Below are positions 1 through 9,597 of a stretch of DNA of 64,000 bases, one piece after another. Each line of letters opens with the position of its first letter. The first letter of the stretch is position 1. The position numbers and the translations under genes are program-made. Under the pieces are notes generated by a model. It was not told the DNA's origin and ran no database searches. It worked only from the letters and a program-made list of their open reading frames with translations. This stretch comes from Myxococcota bacterium (GTDB lineage Bacteria; Myxococcota; XYA12-FULL-58-9; JALHOP01): assembly GCA_041288095.1 (NCBI GenBank), contig JBGGMJ010000158.1:11133-75132 (forward strand), given 5' to 3'.

Positions 1-1
1 C

Positions 2-571
2 GCACAACACCAAGTCCACCTTGATGCCCTTCTCGGCGAGACGGGCCGCGACTCCGCGAATGACCGAACCATCGGTGAACACCTCGTCGACCAGCACGGT
101 GGTCTTGCGCGGTGACGCGGTGAGCGGATTGTCGTGGACGATCGCCTGCTCGAAGTAGTGCTTGGCCGGGTGGTCGCCCTGCGGAATCGGGCTCTGCCAG
201 CGGAGCACGTCGAGGACATAGGCGTCCTTGGCCAGGCTGTTCGCGAGCTCGGCGGCCTGAGCCGAGGTGTCGCAGCTCGCGCGAATGTCGATGGCGCCAC
301 CGTTGGGGATCGGGATGAGCGCTACCGGTGTTTGGATCTTCGAGTCGAAGAGATAACGATGCGCGACGTTCGCGAACCACCGAAGCGCGACCTCGCGTTC
401 GCCGGAGCGGACACCGACCGGCTGCCCGCTGATGCGGACGCTGCACCGGCCGCTGAACGGCTTGCGCTTCAGGGCCTTGGTGACGAAAAGGCCGTTGTAG
501 TCTTCCTCGTTCCAGTCGAGGCGTTTGTCGTCGCCGGCGCTGGCCGCAAATGAGATGACGGGTAGACCCAT
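2..571 (-). CDS. Phosphoribosyltransferase-like (type I PRTase/ComF-like fold) protein, 3' end runs off the window
   Basis: Not in the ORF track. Translated by hand from ATG at 571: MGLPVISFAAS...VALIPIPNGG...KTTVLVDEVFTDGSVIRGVAARLAEKG. It is open to the window edge. VLVDEVFTDGS resembles the PRPP-binding loop hhhDDhhTTG. Confidence 0.6.
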   Translation of the reverse strand, partial: MGLPVISFAASAGDDKRLDWNEEDYNGLFVTKALKRKPFSGRCSVRISGQPVGVRSGEREVALRWFANVAHRYLFDSKIQTPVALIPIPNGGAIDIRASCDTSAQAAELANSLAKDAYVLDVLRWQSPIPQGDHPAKHYFEQAIVHDNPLTASPRKTTVLVDEVFTDGSVIRGVAARLAEKGIKVDLVLC

Positions 572-612
572 GGCGTGGGGAACCCTACACCGCGACGAAG
601 AGTCGCGCCAAT

Positions 613-1512
613 CTAGAAGCCCTCGAAAATGGCGACGCGCTTCTCGCTGCGACTGCGCGCCTGCGCGAGGCTCACGTTGACGGCGCGATAAAGGGTGCTG
701 GCTTGCGCGATCTCCGGGTGCGGATACGTCGCCGCGGCGATCGCCAGGGACTTGCCGCGCTCGAGGCCTTCGCCAGAGAGGGCCTCGTCGACGCGCTCGA
801 TGACCCGGCGAGCACCCGCGGGCGGCGTGCCCGGCAGGAGCATCACGAACTCGGAGGCGTCGACGCGAAACACCATGTCGGCGCCGCGCAACACCTTCTC
901 GATGGTGGTGGCGATGACCCGGAGGCGATCATCGGCGGACTCACGGCCGTTCCCGGAGAGGAGCTGCGAGAAGGTTTCGTCCGAAATGACGACGCACGAG
1001 AGCTCCTTGCCGGTGACGCGGGCGCACGTGAAGTGCGCATCGAGCGCCGCCGACAACATTCCGAACGAGCCGACTCCGGTGACCGGGTCCTTGGCGCGCA
1101 TCTCGAGCAAAGTGGTCTCGGCGTCGCGCAGACCGTTTTCGAGCTTGGTGATCGATACGGCGCGCTGAATACGCCTGCGGAGCTCGACGACGCGGAAGGG
1201 CTTCTCGACGAAGTCGATGGCACCGAGCTCGGTGCCGCGCATCTTGCCAGCGGCGTCGGCGGAGGCGGTAACGACGATGACGGCCGGCATCGGCTTGCCG
1301 TCGCCTTTGCGCAGGCGCTCGAGCACGCCGAAGCCGTCGAGCTTGGGCATGTTGAGATCGAGGAGCACGACATCCGGTCGTTGCCGGCTCATCTGGTCGA
1401 GCGCGTCTTCACCGTCGACCGCGGACAGCACGGTCATGCCCATGCCCTGACAAAGCTCGACGACAACGTCACGCGTGGCGTCGTCATCGTCGGCTACCAA
1501 CGCTACTGCCAC
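613..1512 (-). CDS. Response regulator with a degenerate GGDEF domain (RxxD I-site retained)
   Basis: REC motifs VADDD, LLDLNMP, VTAS, EKPF. C-terminal GGDEF-like fold (KDPVTG...LRGADMVFRVDASEFVMLLP) with GGDEF replaced by DASEF. Confidence 0.85.
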   Translation of the reverse strand: MAVALVADDDDATRDVVVELCQGMGMTVLSAVDGEDALDQMSRQRPDVVLLDLNMPKLDGFGVLERLRKGDGKPMPAVIVVTASADAAGKMRGTELGAIDFVEKPFRVVELRRRIQRAVSITKLENGLRDAETTLLEMRAKDPVTGVGSFGMLSAALDAHFTCARVTGKELSCVVISDETFSQLLSGNGRESADDRLRVIATTIEKVLRGADMVFRVDASEFVMLLPGTPPAGARRVIERVDEALSGEGLERGKSLAIAAATYPHPEIAQASTLYRAVNVSLAQARSRSEKRVAIFEGF

Positions 1513-1657
1513 CGCTGCCTCCGAACCGGGCGTCCACTCGGAGATCTCAGTTTAGCCGTGGCCGCGATGGCGGTCCAATTCGTGGGAGGAAAGATCCTCG
1601 GGGCATGCGCATGGGACCTACATCAGCTGCCTGCGCGGCTTACGGAGGTTACACCCC

Positions 1658-3316
1658 ATGCGGCCCTCGAGGCTCGCCACGGTACTCGTGTGCGCTGTAA
1701 CGGCGGGATGCTTGGGCATTATCGACCAAGCGCCGACACAAGCGACCACATCCACCGACGAGGAGGGGCTTGCGTGCGTGGGGGCACCGGTCGATCTCGG
1801 GGCGACGCCTTTAGCGCGCCTGACGAACTTCGAATACGACAATACCGTCCGCGATCTCCTGGGCGTCGACTTGCGCCTCGCGGCCGAGTTCACCGGTGAG
1901 CCGCGCGCTCCCGGCTTCGACTTCGACAACAACGCGACCATCCTGAGCACGCCACAACTGCTGGTGGAGCAATACGGCAACGCCGCGACCCGGATCGCCG
2001 CCGCCGCGGTCGCGAATCTGACGAGCCTCCTGCCATGTGCGCCGGCGGGCGCGGAGGCTGCTTGTGGCCGGCAGTTCGTCGACCAGCTCTTGCGCCGCGC
2101 TTTTCGCAGGCCACCCATGCCCGACGAGCGTGACCGCTATCGCGCCTTCTTCGCGGACAATCTCGCGGCCTACGACTTCGGCACCTCGGCGCGCATGTTC
2201 GTCGAGGCCGTGCTCCAGTCTCCACAATTCCTCTACCGCGAGGAGGTCGGCGACGTCGCCGGCAAGGTGGGCAGCGCCATTCCGCTGACCTCGCACGAGC
2301 TTGCCTCCCGCCTCTCCTATCTCTTGTGGCGCTCGATGCCGGATGCCGAGTTGTTCGCCGCGGCGGACGCGAACCTCTTGTTGCAGCCGGACGCGCTCGC
2401 GAGCCAGGTCGAGCGCATGCTCGAGGATCCGCGGGTCCAGGAATCGGTCGACCACTTCCATGCCCAGTGGTTGCACCTCGAAAAGCTCGACCGCTCCGAG
2501 AAGGATGCGACGTTGCATCCAGAATTCACGAACGACCTGCGCGCTTCGATGCGCGAGGAGACCCTGCGGTTCACCCGCGCGGTCTGGCAAAACGGAGGCA
2601 GCCTCGACGAGCTGCTGACCGGCGACTTCACTTTCGTCGACGATCGCTTGCGTGAGCATTACGGAATGTCCCCGCGCAATCCCGGAAGCGCGCTCTGGCA
2701 ACGTGTTCCATTGGGGAGCACGTCGCGAGGAGGGGTGCTCACGCAAGCATCAATCTTGTCGCTCACCGCGCACGCGGGCGACACGTTTCCGACGAACCGG
2801 GGCAAGCTCGTGCGCGAGCAGCTCTTGTGCATGCCGATGGCTCCGCCTCCGCCCGGGGTCAGCGCCGACCTCGGCGCCGTGCCCGCCGACTTGCCGGTCC
2901 GCGAGAAGCTCGTGCGCCACGCGACCGACGGGAGCTGCGCGAGTTGCCACCGCCTCATGGATCCCATCGGCTTCGGCTTCGAGGGCTTCGGGCCGACCGG
3001 CGCCGAGCGCACCCAGGACCGCTGGGGCAATCCCGTTGAGACGCACGGCGAGCTCATCGGCACCGGCGACATCGACGGCACCTTCGCGAATCCCAAGGAG
3101 CTCGCGGGACTCCTGGCATCGAGCACGCAGACGCAGGAGTGCGCGGTCATCCAGATGTTCCAGTTCGGCTACGGCCGCCGCGTGACGCGCGCCGACGGGT
3201 GCACGGTGAAATCGCTGCGCGACCAGTTCGCCGCGAGCGGCGGCAGCCTGCGCGAGCTGGTCACGGCGCTGACGACGACGCATGCGTTCCGCTATCGCGT
3301 ACCCGTGAAGGAGTAG
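1658..3316 (+). CDS. DUF1592-family secreted protein (DUF1587/1595/1592/1588/1585 architecture)
   Basis: Lipoprotein-like signal (TAGC), RLTNFEYDNTVRDLLG, SPQFLYR, ELASRLSYLLW, RGGVL, CASCH..MDPIGFGFE. Followed directly by a DUF1552 gene. Confidence 0.9.
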   Translation: MRPSRLATVLVCAVTAGCLGIIDQAPTQATTSTDEEGLACVGAPVDLGATPLARLTNFEYDNTVRDLLGVDLRLAAEFTGEPRAPGFDFDNNATILSTPQLLVEQYGNAATRIAAAAVANLTSLLPCAPAGAEAACGRQFVDQLLRRAFRRPPMPDERDRYRAFFADNLAAYDFGTSARMFVEAVLQSPQFLYREEVGDVAGKVGSAIPLTSHELASRLSYLLWRSMPDAELFAAADANLLLQPDALASQVERMLEDPRVQESVDHFHAQWLHLEKLDRSEKDATLHPEFTNDLRASMREETLRFTRAVWQNGGSLDELLTGDFTFVDDRLREHYGMSPRNPGSALWQRVPLGSTSRGGVLTQASILSLTAHAGDTFPTNRGKLVREQLLCMPMAPPPPGVSADLGAVPADLPVREKLVRHATDGSCASCHRLMDPIGFGFEGFGPTGAERTQDRWGNPVETHGELIGTGDIDGTFANPKELAGLLASSTQTQECAVIQMFQFGYGRRVTRADGCTVKSLRDQFAASGGSLRELVTALTTTHAFRYRVPVKE

Positions 3317-3319
3317 ACG

Positions 3320-4690
3320 ATGAAGACCAGGATTGACCGCCGCACCTTGTTGCGTGGCCTCGGTGGCGCGGCCATCGCCCTGCCCTTCCTGGAATCGATG
3401 ACGCCTGGGTCGGCGTCCGCTCAGACGGCGACGGCGCCACGCCGCGTGCTCGTGGTCTTTTCGCCGAGCGGCACCCTGCGCAACGAGTGGATCGCGAGTG
3501 GTGGGCTCAGCGACTTCACGTTCGGGCCACTGCTCGCGCCGCTGAACGATCACAAGGACAAGATCATCGTCATGCAGGGCCTGGTGATGGGCACCATTCC
3601 CTCGACGCCCGTCGGCGATGGTCACACCAAGAACTTCGGCGCCATGCTCACCGGCGGTCGCCTCACCTCCAACAACGGCGCCTGGGACTTCGCCGACCGC
3701 GCCTCATTCGACCAGCTGATGGCGCAGGACCCGAACATCGGCGGCAAGACGCGCTTTCGCTCCCTCGAGCTGTCGTCGGGGCGCGACGGCAACGACCTCT
3801 GGAACCGCATGATCTACGCGGGCCCGAAGCAGCCGGTGGCGCCACGCCGCAAGCCGGACGAAGTCTTCGACCTCTTGTTCTCCGACTTCACGCCGGAGAC
3901 GGGAGCGGCGCCGGACCCAGCGGCCGAGGCACGACGTCTGCAAAAGCGGTCAGTGCTGGACTTCGTGGGCGGCGAATACACGCGTTTGAAGTCACGTATC
4001 TCGGCGCAAGATCACTACGTCGTCGACCAGCACTTCACGGCGATCCGCGAGCTCGAGCAGCGCGTCGCCGGCGCCGCGGAGCAGCAGCAACAAACGTCGT
4101 CGTGCACGGTACCGGCGCGGCCGGCGACCCATGCATCCGACTATTACGGCAGCGACGCGGCGTACCCCGAGATGGTGAAGCTCCACATGGACCTCACGGT
4201 ACGAGCCCTCGCCTGTGACTTGACGCGCATCGCCTCGCTGCAGCTATCGGCCTGCTCGAGCGGCACGCGCTTCACGTGGCTCGGCGTGACCGAGGAGCAC
4301 CACACGCTGTCGCACGATCAACACGGCGATCCCAACGTGGCGCGGCCGAAGTATCGCCAGACCCAGGTCTGGTACGCCCAGCAGATCGCCTACCTGCTGG
4401 CCGAGATGCGGAAGATCGACGAAGGAAACGGCAAGTCGCTGCTCGACAACACGGCGGTGCTTTGGTGCACCGAAGTGAACCACGGCAACGATCACAGCTA
4501 CCACGACATGTCGTGGCTGCTTGCCGGGAGCTGCGGCGGCGCCTTCCAGACCGGCCGCAACCTGCAGTACGCGCCCTACGGGACCAACTACACGCAGGAC
4601 CTGCTCACCTCGCTGATGCAAGCGATGGGCTCTAGCGTCGCGAAGCTCGGCGACCCAGCGTTCTGCAACGGGCCCCTCGCCGGCCTCTAG
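3320..4690 (+). CDS. DUF1552-family protein with Tat signal
   Basis: RRTLLRG...LPFLESM twin-arginine leader, SVLD, ALACDLTR, HHTLSH, SLLDNT. Usual partner of DUF1592. Confidence 0.9.
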   Translation: MKTRIDRRTLLRGLGGAAIALPFLESMTPGSASAQTATAPRRVLVVFSPSGTLRNEWIASGGLSDFTFGPLLAPLNDHKDKIIVMQGLVMGTIPSTPVGDGHTKNFGAMLTGGRLTSNNGAWDFADRASFDQLMAQDPNIGGKTRFRSLELSSGRDGNDLWNRMIYAGPKQPVAPRRKPDEVFDLLFSDFTPETGAAPDPAAEARRLQKRSVLDFVGGEYTRLKSRISAQDHYVVDQHFTAIRELEQRVAGAAEQQQQTSSCTVPARPATHASDYYGSDAAYPEMVKLHMDLTVRALACDLTRIASLQLSACSSGTRFTWLGVTEEHHTLSHDQHGDPNVARPKYRQTQVWYAQQIAYLLAEMRKIDEGNGKSLLDNTAVLWCTEVNHGNDHSYHDMSWLLAGSCGGAFQTGRNLQYAPYGTNYTQDLLTSLMQAMGSSVAKLGDPAFCNGPLAGL

Positions 4691-6036
4691 TCGTCCTTCG
4701 CCAGATTCTCGAACTTCGTATACTCGTTGAAGAAGCGAAGTCTCACCGTGCCCGTCGGCCCATTACGCTGCTTGCCGATGATGAACTCCGCGACACCTTT
4801 ATCTGGTGACGCTGGGTTGTAGTACTCATCGCGGTACACGAAGCAGATCACGTCCGCGTCTTGCTCGATAGCGCCCGACTCGCGAAGGTCCGAGAGCATT
4901 GGCCGCTTGTCCTGCCTCTGCTCGAGCGAGCGGTTCAGCTGCGACAACGCGATAACGGGCACCTTGAGCTCTTTACCGAGCGCCTTGAGGCCGCGGGAGA
5001 TTTCGCTGATCTCGCGCTCGCGGCCTTCGTTCGAGGTGCGGCCGCGCATGAGCTGCAGGTAGTCGACCATGATGAGTCCCAGCCCGCGCTCGGCTTGGAG
5101 GCGCCGCGCCTTGGCGCGCATCTCGAGGACGCTGATCGCTCCGGTATCGTCGAGGTACATGGGCGCTTCAGCGAGAGCGCCGGCCGCGCGCGCGAGCTTC
5201 GGCCAATCGGTCGAGTTCAAGAAGCCGCCGCGCATGCGCTGGCTGTCGATACGCGCCTCGGAGCAAAGCATACGCATGACGAGCGCCTCCTTGCTCATTT
5301 CGAGCGAGAAGACGAGCGCCGGCACCTTCTGATGAACGGCCGCGTACTGGGCGATGTTGAGCGCCACCGCCGTCTTTCCCATGGAAGGACGGCCGGCGAT
5401 GATGATGAGGTCGGACGGCTGGAAGCCGGCGGTCATCTTGTCGAGGTCCTGGAAGCCGGTGGGCACCCCGGTGACCAGCTCCTTGCGCTCGTAGAGCTTC
5501 TCGATGGTCTTGAAAGCGTCTTTGACGACGTCTTTGAGCGGCGTGTAGCTGCGGTGCTCGCGGGCGCTGGTGATCTCGAAGATCTTGGCTTCGGCTTGGT
5601 CGAGCAGGATGTCGACCGTCTCGCCGCCTTGATAACCCGAGGTCGCGATCATGGTCGCCGCCGCGATCAAGCGTCGGGACAGAGCCGCGTCGCGAACGAT
5701 GCGCGCGTAGTGGATGGCGTTCGCCGCCGTCGGCGTGAGCTCGGTGAGGTGCGCGATGTACTCGCTACCGCCGACTCCGTCGATCTTGCCCTGGCCGCGT
5801 AGGTCGTAGCAGACGGTGACCTCGTCGATGGGCTCGTTGCGCTCGAAGAGGCGCAGAACTGCCTCGTAGATGGCGGCGTGCGCGGGCCGATAGAAGTCCT
5901 CGGGCTTGAGCAGCTCGATGCATTCGCTGACGGCCGCGCGCTCGAGCAGCATGGCGCCCAAGACGCTACGTTCGGCGTCGACGTCTTGGGGGGGCAATTT
6001 GCCCTGGGGGCGCTGAGGGGAGGCGTCGGCCAACAT
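4687..6036 (-). CDS. dnaB: Replicative DNA helicase DnaB
   Basis: PPQDVDAERSVLG N-terminus, Walker A GRPSMGKT, FSLEMS, VDYLQL, LSQLNR, DLRESGAIEQDAD, KQRNGPTG. 449 aa, no intein. Confidence 0.97.
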   Translation of the reverse strand: MLADASPQRPQGKLPPQDVDAERSVLGAMLLERAAVSECIELLKPEDFYRPAHAAIYEAVLRLFERNEPIDEVTVCYDLRGQGKIDGVGGSEYIAHLTELTPTAANAIHYARIVRDAALSRRLIAAATMIATSGYQGGETVDILLDQAEAKIFEITSAREHRSYTPLKDVVKDAFKTIEKLYERKELVTGVPTGFQDLDKMTAGFQPSDLIIIAGRPSMGKTAVALNIAQYAAVHQKVPALVFSLEMSKEALVMRMLCSEARIDSQRMRGGFLNSTDWPKLARAAGALAEAPMYLDDTGAISVLEMRAKARRLQAERGLGLIMVDYLQLMRGRTSNEGREREISEISRGLKALGKELKVPVIALSQLNRSLEQRQDKRPMLSDLRESGAIEQDADVICFVYRDEYYNPASPDKGVAEFIIGKQRNGPTGTVRLRFFNEYTKFENLAKDD

Positions 6037-6138
6037 CGGTCACTTCGTGCAAACGAGGGAAACAGACTATGCCAGATCGACTTCTGGAAATGCACGCTGA
6101 TCTCTGTTGCGGCCCCCCTTGGCATGTATACTGGGGTC

Positions 6139-7815
6139 GTGAGCCTACGCCTTCAGGTGATGGTCTTGGTCGCCGTGCTGGTGGCAATAAGTGTCGCCGC
6201 CATCAGTGGCATTCTGATCGCGCGTTTCCAGACGGACATGCAGCGTGAGATGACGGGCTGGTCCGAGGTGATCCGCGCCGACTTGATCGATCGCGGCAAA
6301 GCCGTGGCGACGAACGCAGCCATGTCGGCCTCCGAAGCGATCGACTCGCGTGACTTCTTGTTCCTGGCCGCGCTGGTGAAGACCGCGACGACCCAGGATC
6401 CCGACATCGAGTACGGCTTCCTCGCCGACAAGAACGGCCGCATCCTGGTGCACAGCACGCCGCAGGAGACCGGGAAAATCCTGAAGGTCGAGGAGTACAA
6501 GGAAGCCGTCACCTCCGGCTCGGCCCAGCCGCGTGACACGGTCGTCGAAGGCAAGCCCACCATCGAAGTGGTGGCGCCGATCACCGTCGGCAACTTCCTC
6601 TGGGGCACGATGCACTTCGGCCTCTCGCTCGCTAAGCTCGATCAAGCGCAGCAGCAAAGCCGCGCGGTCATCTCGACGCGCATGAAACAGGGCATTACCG
6701 CGACCGCCATCGGTGGCGGCGTGGTCCTCGTGCTGGGCGCGCTACTCGGAGCTTTCGCGGCGACACGCATCTCGGCGCCGCTCAAGCGCTTGAGCGAAGA
6801 CATCGATCGCATCCGCAGTGGTGATCGTCAGCACTTGGTGCGCGCCGGTGGCTGCCGCGAGTTCGCGCTCTTCGGCATGGGCATCAACGAGCTCACGAAC
6901 CAGAACCAGCAATCGGAACAATCGCTGAAGAAGAACATCGAAACGCTGGGCAGCGCTCTCGACGAAGCGCAAAACGCCTCGCGCTCACGCGACCAGTTCC
7001 TCGCCAACGTCTCGCACGAGCTGTCGACGCCGCTGAACGCCATCCTCACCGTGCCGCGCTCGCTGCTCGATGACTATCGCATGATGAAGGTCTGGCACTG
7101 CGGCAACTGCGGCTCGGTCTTCGAAGTCGAAGGCAAGGCGAGCGGCGCCCAGCAGTGCCCCGACTGCCACATCCCCTTGAAGCTCGAGGATCGCCATATC
7201 TTCACCGGCGATCCCAACGAGCATTTCCACTTCATGGGGCGCGTGCGCCAGGCGACGAACCACATGAAGCGCATCATCCAGGCCTTCGTCGACTACTCGA
7301 AGCTCAAGGGCGCGCGCATGGTCGCGAGGCGCGAGCAGGTGCGCGTCGCCGACCTGGTCGCCGACGTCCGCGACATCATCGGCCCGCTCGCCGAAGAGAA
7401 GAAGGTCAAGCTCGAGCTGCCCAACATCGACCCCAGCATCGTCATCGATGCGGATCGCACGATGTTGTCGCAGATCCTGGTGAACCTCGTGGGCAACGCC
7501 GTGAAGTTCACCCCCGCCAGCGGCACGGCGACGCTCGAGATCGGCGGCCGCAACGGCATGCTGTCGTTCCGCGTCCGCGACACCGGCGTCGGCATCCCCC
7601 GCGAGGAGCTCGACAACATCTTCCGCGCCTTCTACCAGGTCGATGGCTCGCACACGCGCGCCTTCGGCGGCACGGGCTTGGGCCTTGCCATCGCCCGTGA
7701 GATGGTCGAGCTGCATCAAGGCCGTGTTTGGGCCGAGAGCGAAGGTCGAGGCAAAGGTAGCGTGTTCACCTTCGAGTTTCCGGGTACGGCCGCCAAGGCC
7801 GCGAGGGCCTCATAG
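6139..7815 (+). CDS. Membrane sensor histidine kinase (periplasmic sensor, HAMP, HisKA with C4 zinc-ribbon insert, HATPase_c)
   Basis: Two TM segments, H-box VSHELSTPL, N-box NLVGNAVKF, G1 DTGVG, G2 GGTGLGL. CGNC...CPDC lies between the two DHp helices. Start placed at GTG 6139 (ATG 6124 possible); the track start overlaps dnaB. Confidence 0.9.
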   Translation: MSLRLQVMVLVAVLVAISVAAISGILIARFQTDMQREMTGWSEVIRADLIDRGKAVATNAAMSASEAIDSRDFLFLAALVKTATTQDPDIEYGFLADKNGRILVHSTPQETGKILKVEEYKEAVTSGSAQPRDTVVEGKPTIEVVAPITVGNFLWGTMHFGLSLAKLDQAQQQSRAVISTRMKQGITATAIGGGVVLVLGALLGAFAATRISAPLKRLSEDIDRIRSGDRQHLVRAGGCREFALFGMGINELTNQNQQSEQSLKKNIETLGSALDEAQNASRSRDQFLANVSHELSTPLNAILTVPRSLLDDYRMMKVWHCGNCGSVFEVEGKASGAQQCPDCHIPLKLEDRHIFTGDPNEHFHFMGRVRQATNHMKRIIQAFVDYSKLKGARMVARREQVRVADLVADVRDIIGPLAEEKKVKLELPNIDPSIVIDADRTMLSQILVNLVGNAVKFTPASGTATLEIGGRNGMLSFRVRDTGVGIPREELDNIFRAFYQVDGSHTRAFGGTGLGLAIAREMVELHQGRVWAESEGRGKGSVFTFEFPGTAAKAARAS

Positions 7816-7817
7816 CG

Positions 7818-9527
7818 ATGGCGCGAGCGCCGCAGCTTCGTCTACGAACTCAGTTCTTCCTGGTCGTGCTCCTGCTCGTCGGCATCGCCGGCGCGGCAAT
7901 CACGGCGTTCTTCGTCCGCATGCATCAGGCGGCTCTCGCCGATGTCACGGAAAAGAAAGTCGCGATGATCCGCGCCGACCTAGGCGACAAGGCCGCGACC
8001 CTCGCCCGCAACGGCGCGGTTAGCTCGGCGCGCTCCGCCGTGATGATGGACTTCACGTTGCTGCAAAACGTGATCGGCGCGACCGTGCAGGCCGACCGCA
8101 GCATCAAGTCGGCGCTGATCGCCGACGCCTCGGGCAAGATCGTCGTTCACAGCGATCCCTCCAAGGTCGGTCGCCGCGTCACCGGTGACGCGTTGCCCAA
8201 CGCCGGCAAGGACCTCACCGTGCGCGAGGTCGTCGACGACAACGGCGTGCCCTCGCTCGAGGCCATTGCTCCCATCCACGTTGGTGGCGACGTCTGGGGC
8301 AGCGTCCGCTATACCGTATCGCTCATCCCCTGTTTGATCGCGACCGAGAACAGCAAGACCGAGCAAAGCGCGGTTGCGCGCCGAGCCATCATCTTCGCGG
8401 GCGGCGTGGGCCTCGTGCTCCTGCTCATCAGCGTCGTCGCCACCGCGCTCGCGGCGAAACCCGTCGTGCGTCCCGTCTCGCTGCTCGAGGACGCCGTGCA
8501 GCGCGTGCTCGCGGGCCAGCAGAACGTGCACGTCGACATCGAGAACCCGCCCGACATCGCCCGGGTCGGCCGCACCTTCAACGACATGATCGAGGCGATC
8601 GGCAACCGCACGAAGCTGCTGCGCCAGGACCGCCGCCGAGTCGAAATCGCGCTCGAAGAAGCCCAGCAGATCTCCAAGACCAAAGAGGTCTTCCTGGCGC
8701 GCGTCTGGCAAGACCTGCTCAACCCGCTGCAGCGCATCGAGCAGGACGGCCAGACCATGCTCAAGAGCTTCTCGGGCACCGAGGGCTTGGTTTGCGCCTC
8801 GTGCAAGACCGCCTTCGAAGCCGCCGACGGCACCGCCGCGGTCGGCAAGCCCTGCCCACGCTGCGGCGGCAAGCTCGGCAAGAGCACCGTCATGCAGCTC
8901 GTCGGCGACGCCGAGGTCGTGCAGAAATCGCTGCGGGACGTCGAGACCCGCGGCACCGAGCTACGCCGCCTCGTCGGCGAGATCCTCGAGTTCTCCGCGC
9001 TCGAGGCCGACCAGAAGAAGCTCAATCTCGAGCAGCTCGAAGTGCCCAAGCTGATCGAAGCGGCCAAGGTGAGCATGACCGTCATGGCCGAGGGCAAGAA
9101 GCTCATCTGGCCCACCAAACCGCCGGCGGTGGGACTCGAAGGCGATCGCATCCGCATCGAGCAGGGCGTCACGCTCGCCGTCGAGCTGGTCTGCCAGATC
9201 TCGCCGCAGCCCTCCGACGTACGCCTCGAGGTCGACGAAGTGACTTACCACGGCGAGCCCGGCATTCAGTTCGTCGTGCGCGACGCGGGCTCCGGCTTCG
9301 CCAAGGAGTTCCTCGACGCCCTGCGCAGCGGCGCCGGTCCTGACGCCCGCGCGACCCTGTCGATGATGGCCTTACGCCGCGTCGCGGACCTCCACCACGG
9401 CGAGCTCTCCATCGAGAGCGACGTTGGCCGCGGCGTCACCGTCCGGCTCATCTTGCCCCGTGGCCAACCGCAAGTGCAGCCCCGCCCGGCCCCGCGCCGA
9501 CGCCAGGCTGAAGGTACAGCTTCGTAA
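7818..9527 (+). CDS. Histidine pseudokinase paralogue (no phospho-His, degenerate ATP-binding domain) with C4 zinc-ribbon insert
   Basis: Same layout as the upstream kinase. H-box reads VWQDLLNPL (His absent); N-box and G2 are lost, only DAGSG remains. CASC...CPRC insert at the equivalent position. Confidence 0.8.
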   Translation: MARAPQLRLRTQFFLVVLLLVGIAGAAITAFFVRMHQAALADVTEKKVAMIRADLGDKAATLARNGAVSSARSAVMMDFTLLQNVIGATVQADRSIKSALIADASGKIVVHSDPSKVGRRVTGDALPNAGKDLTVREVVDDNGVPSLEAIAPIHVGGDVWGSVRYTVSLIPCLIATENSKTEQSAVARRAIIFAGGVGLVLLLISVVATALAAKPVVRPVSLLEDAVQRVLAGQQNVHVDIENPPDIARVGRTFNDMIEAIGNRTKLLRQDRRRVEIALEEAQQISKTKEVFLARVWQDLLNPLQRIEQDGQTMLKSFSGTEGLVCASCKTAFEAADGTAAVGKPCPRCGGKLGKSTVMQLVGDAEVVQKSLRDVETRGTELRRLVGEILEFSALEADQKKLNLEQLEVPKLIEAAKVSMTVMAEGKKLIWPTKPPAVGLEGDRIRIEQGVTLAVELVCQISPQPSDVRLEVDEVTYHGEPGIQFVVRDAGSGFAKEFLDALRSGAGPDARATLSMMALRRVADLHHGELSIESDVGRGVTVRLILPRGQPQVQPRPAPRRRQAEGTAS

Positions 9528-9597
9528 ATCTTGAGCGGCGGCGCCTTTGCGTCTATTCAAGAGCCGGCAGCCGCAGCACCCCCGACACCGTTGAGCC

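Noticed and set aside
6127..6132. -10-like hexamers just before starts (TATACT here; TATCCT near 19894; TACAAT at 26347-26352 on minus)
   Set aside because: Suggestive of promoters or leaderless transcripts, but no convincing -35 and too short to support without TSS data.
5878..6138. N-terminal extensions in the ORF track (also on 24471-27074, 27649-28809, 53622-55247, 57090-58412, 58567-59106, 61851-63917)
   Set aside because: They overlap neighbouring genes; downstream starts fit RBS, signal peptides or stop-start coupling better.
7156..7170. CPDCH in the histidine kinase as a heme c site
   Set aside because: It is cytoplasmic, pairs with an upstream CxxC, and the paralogue has CPRCG, so a C4 metal site is more likely.
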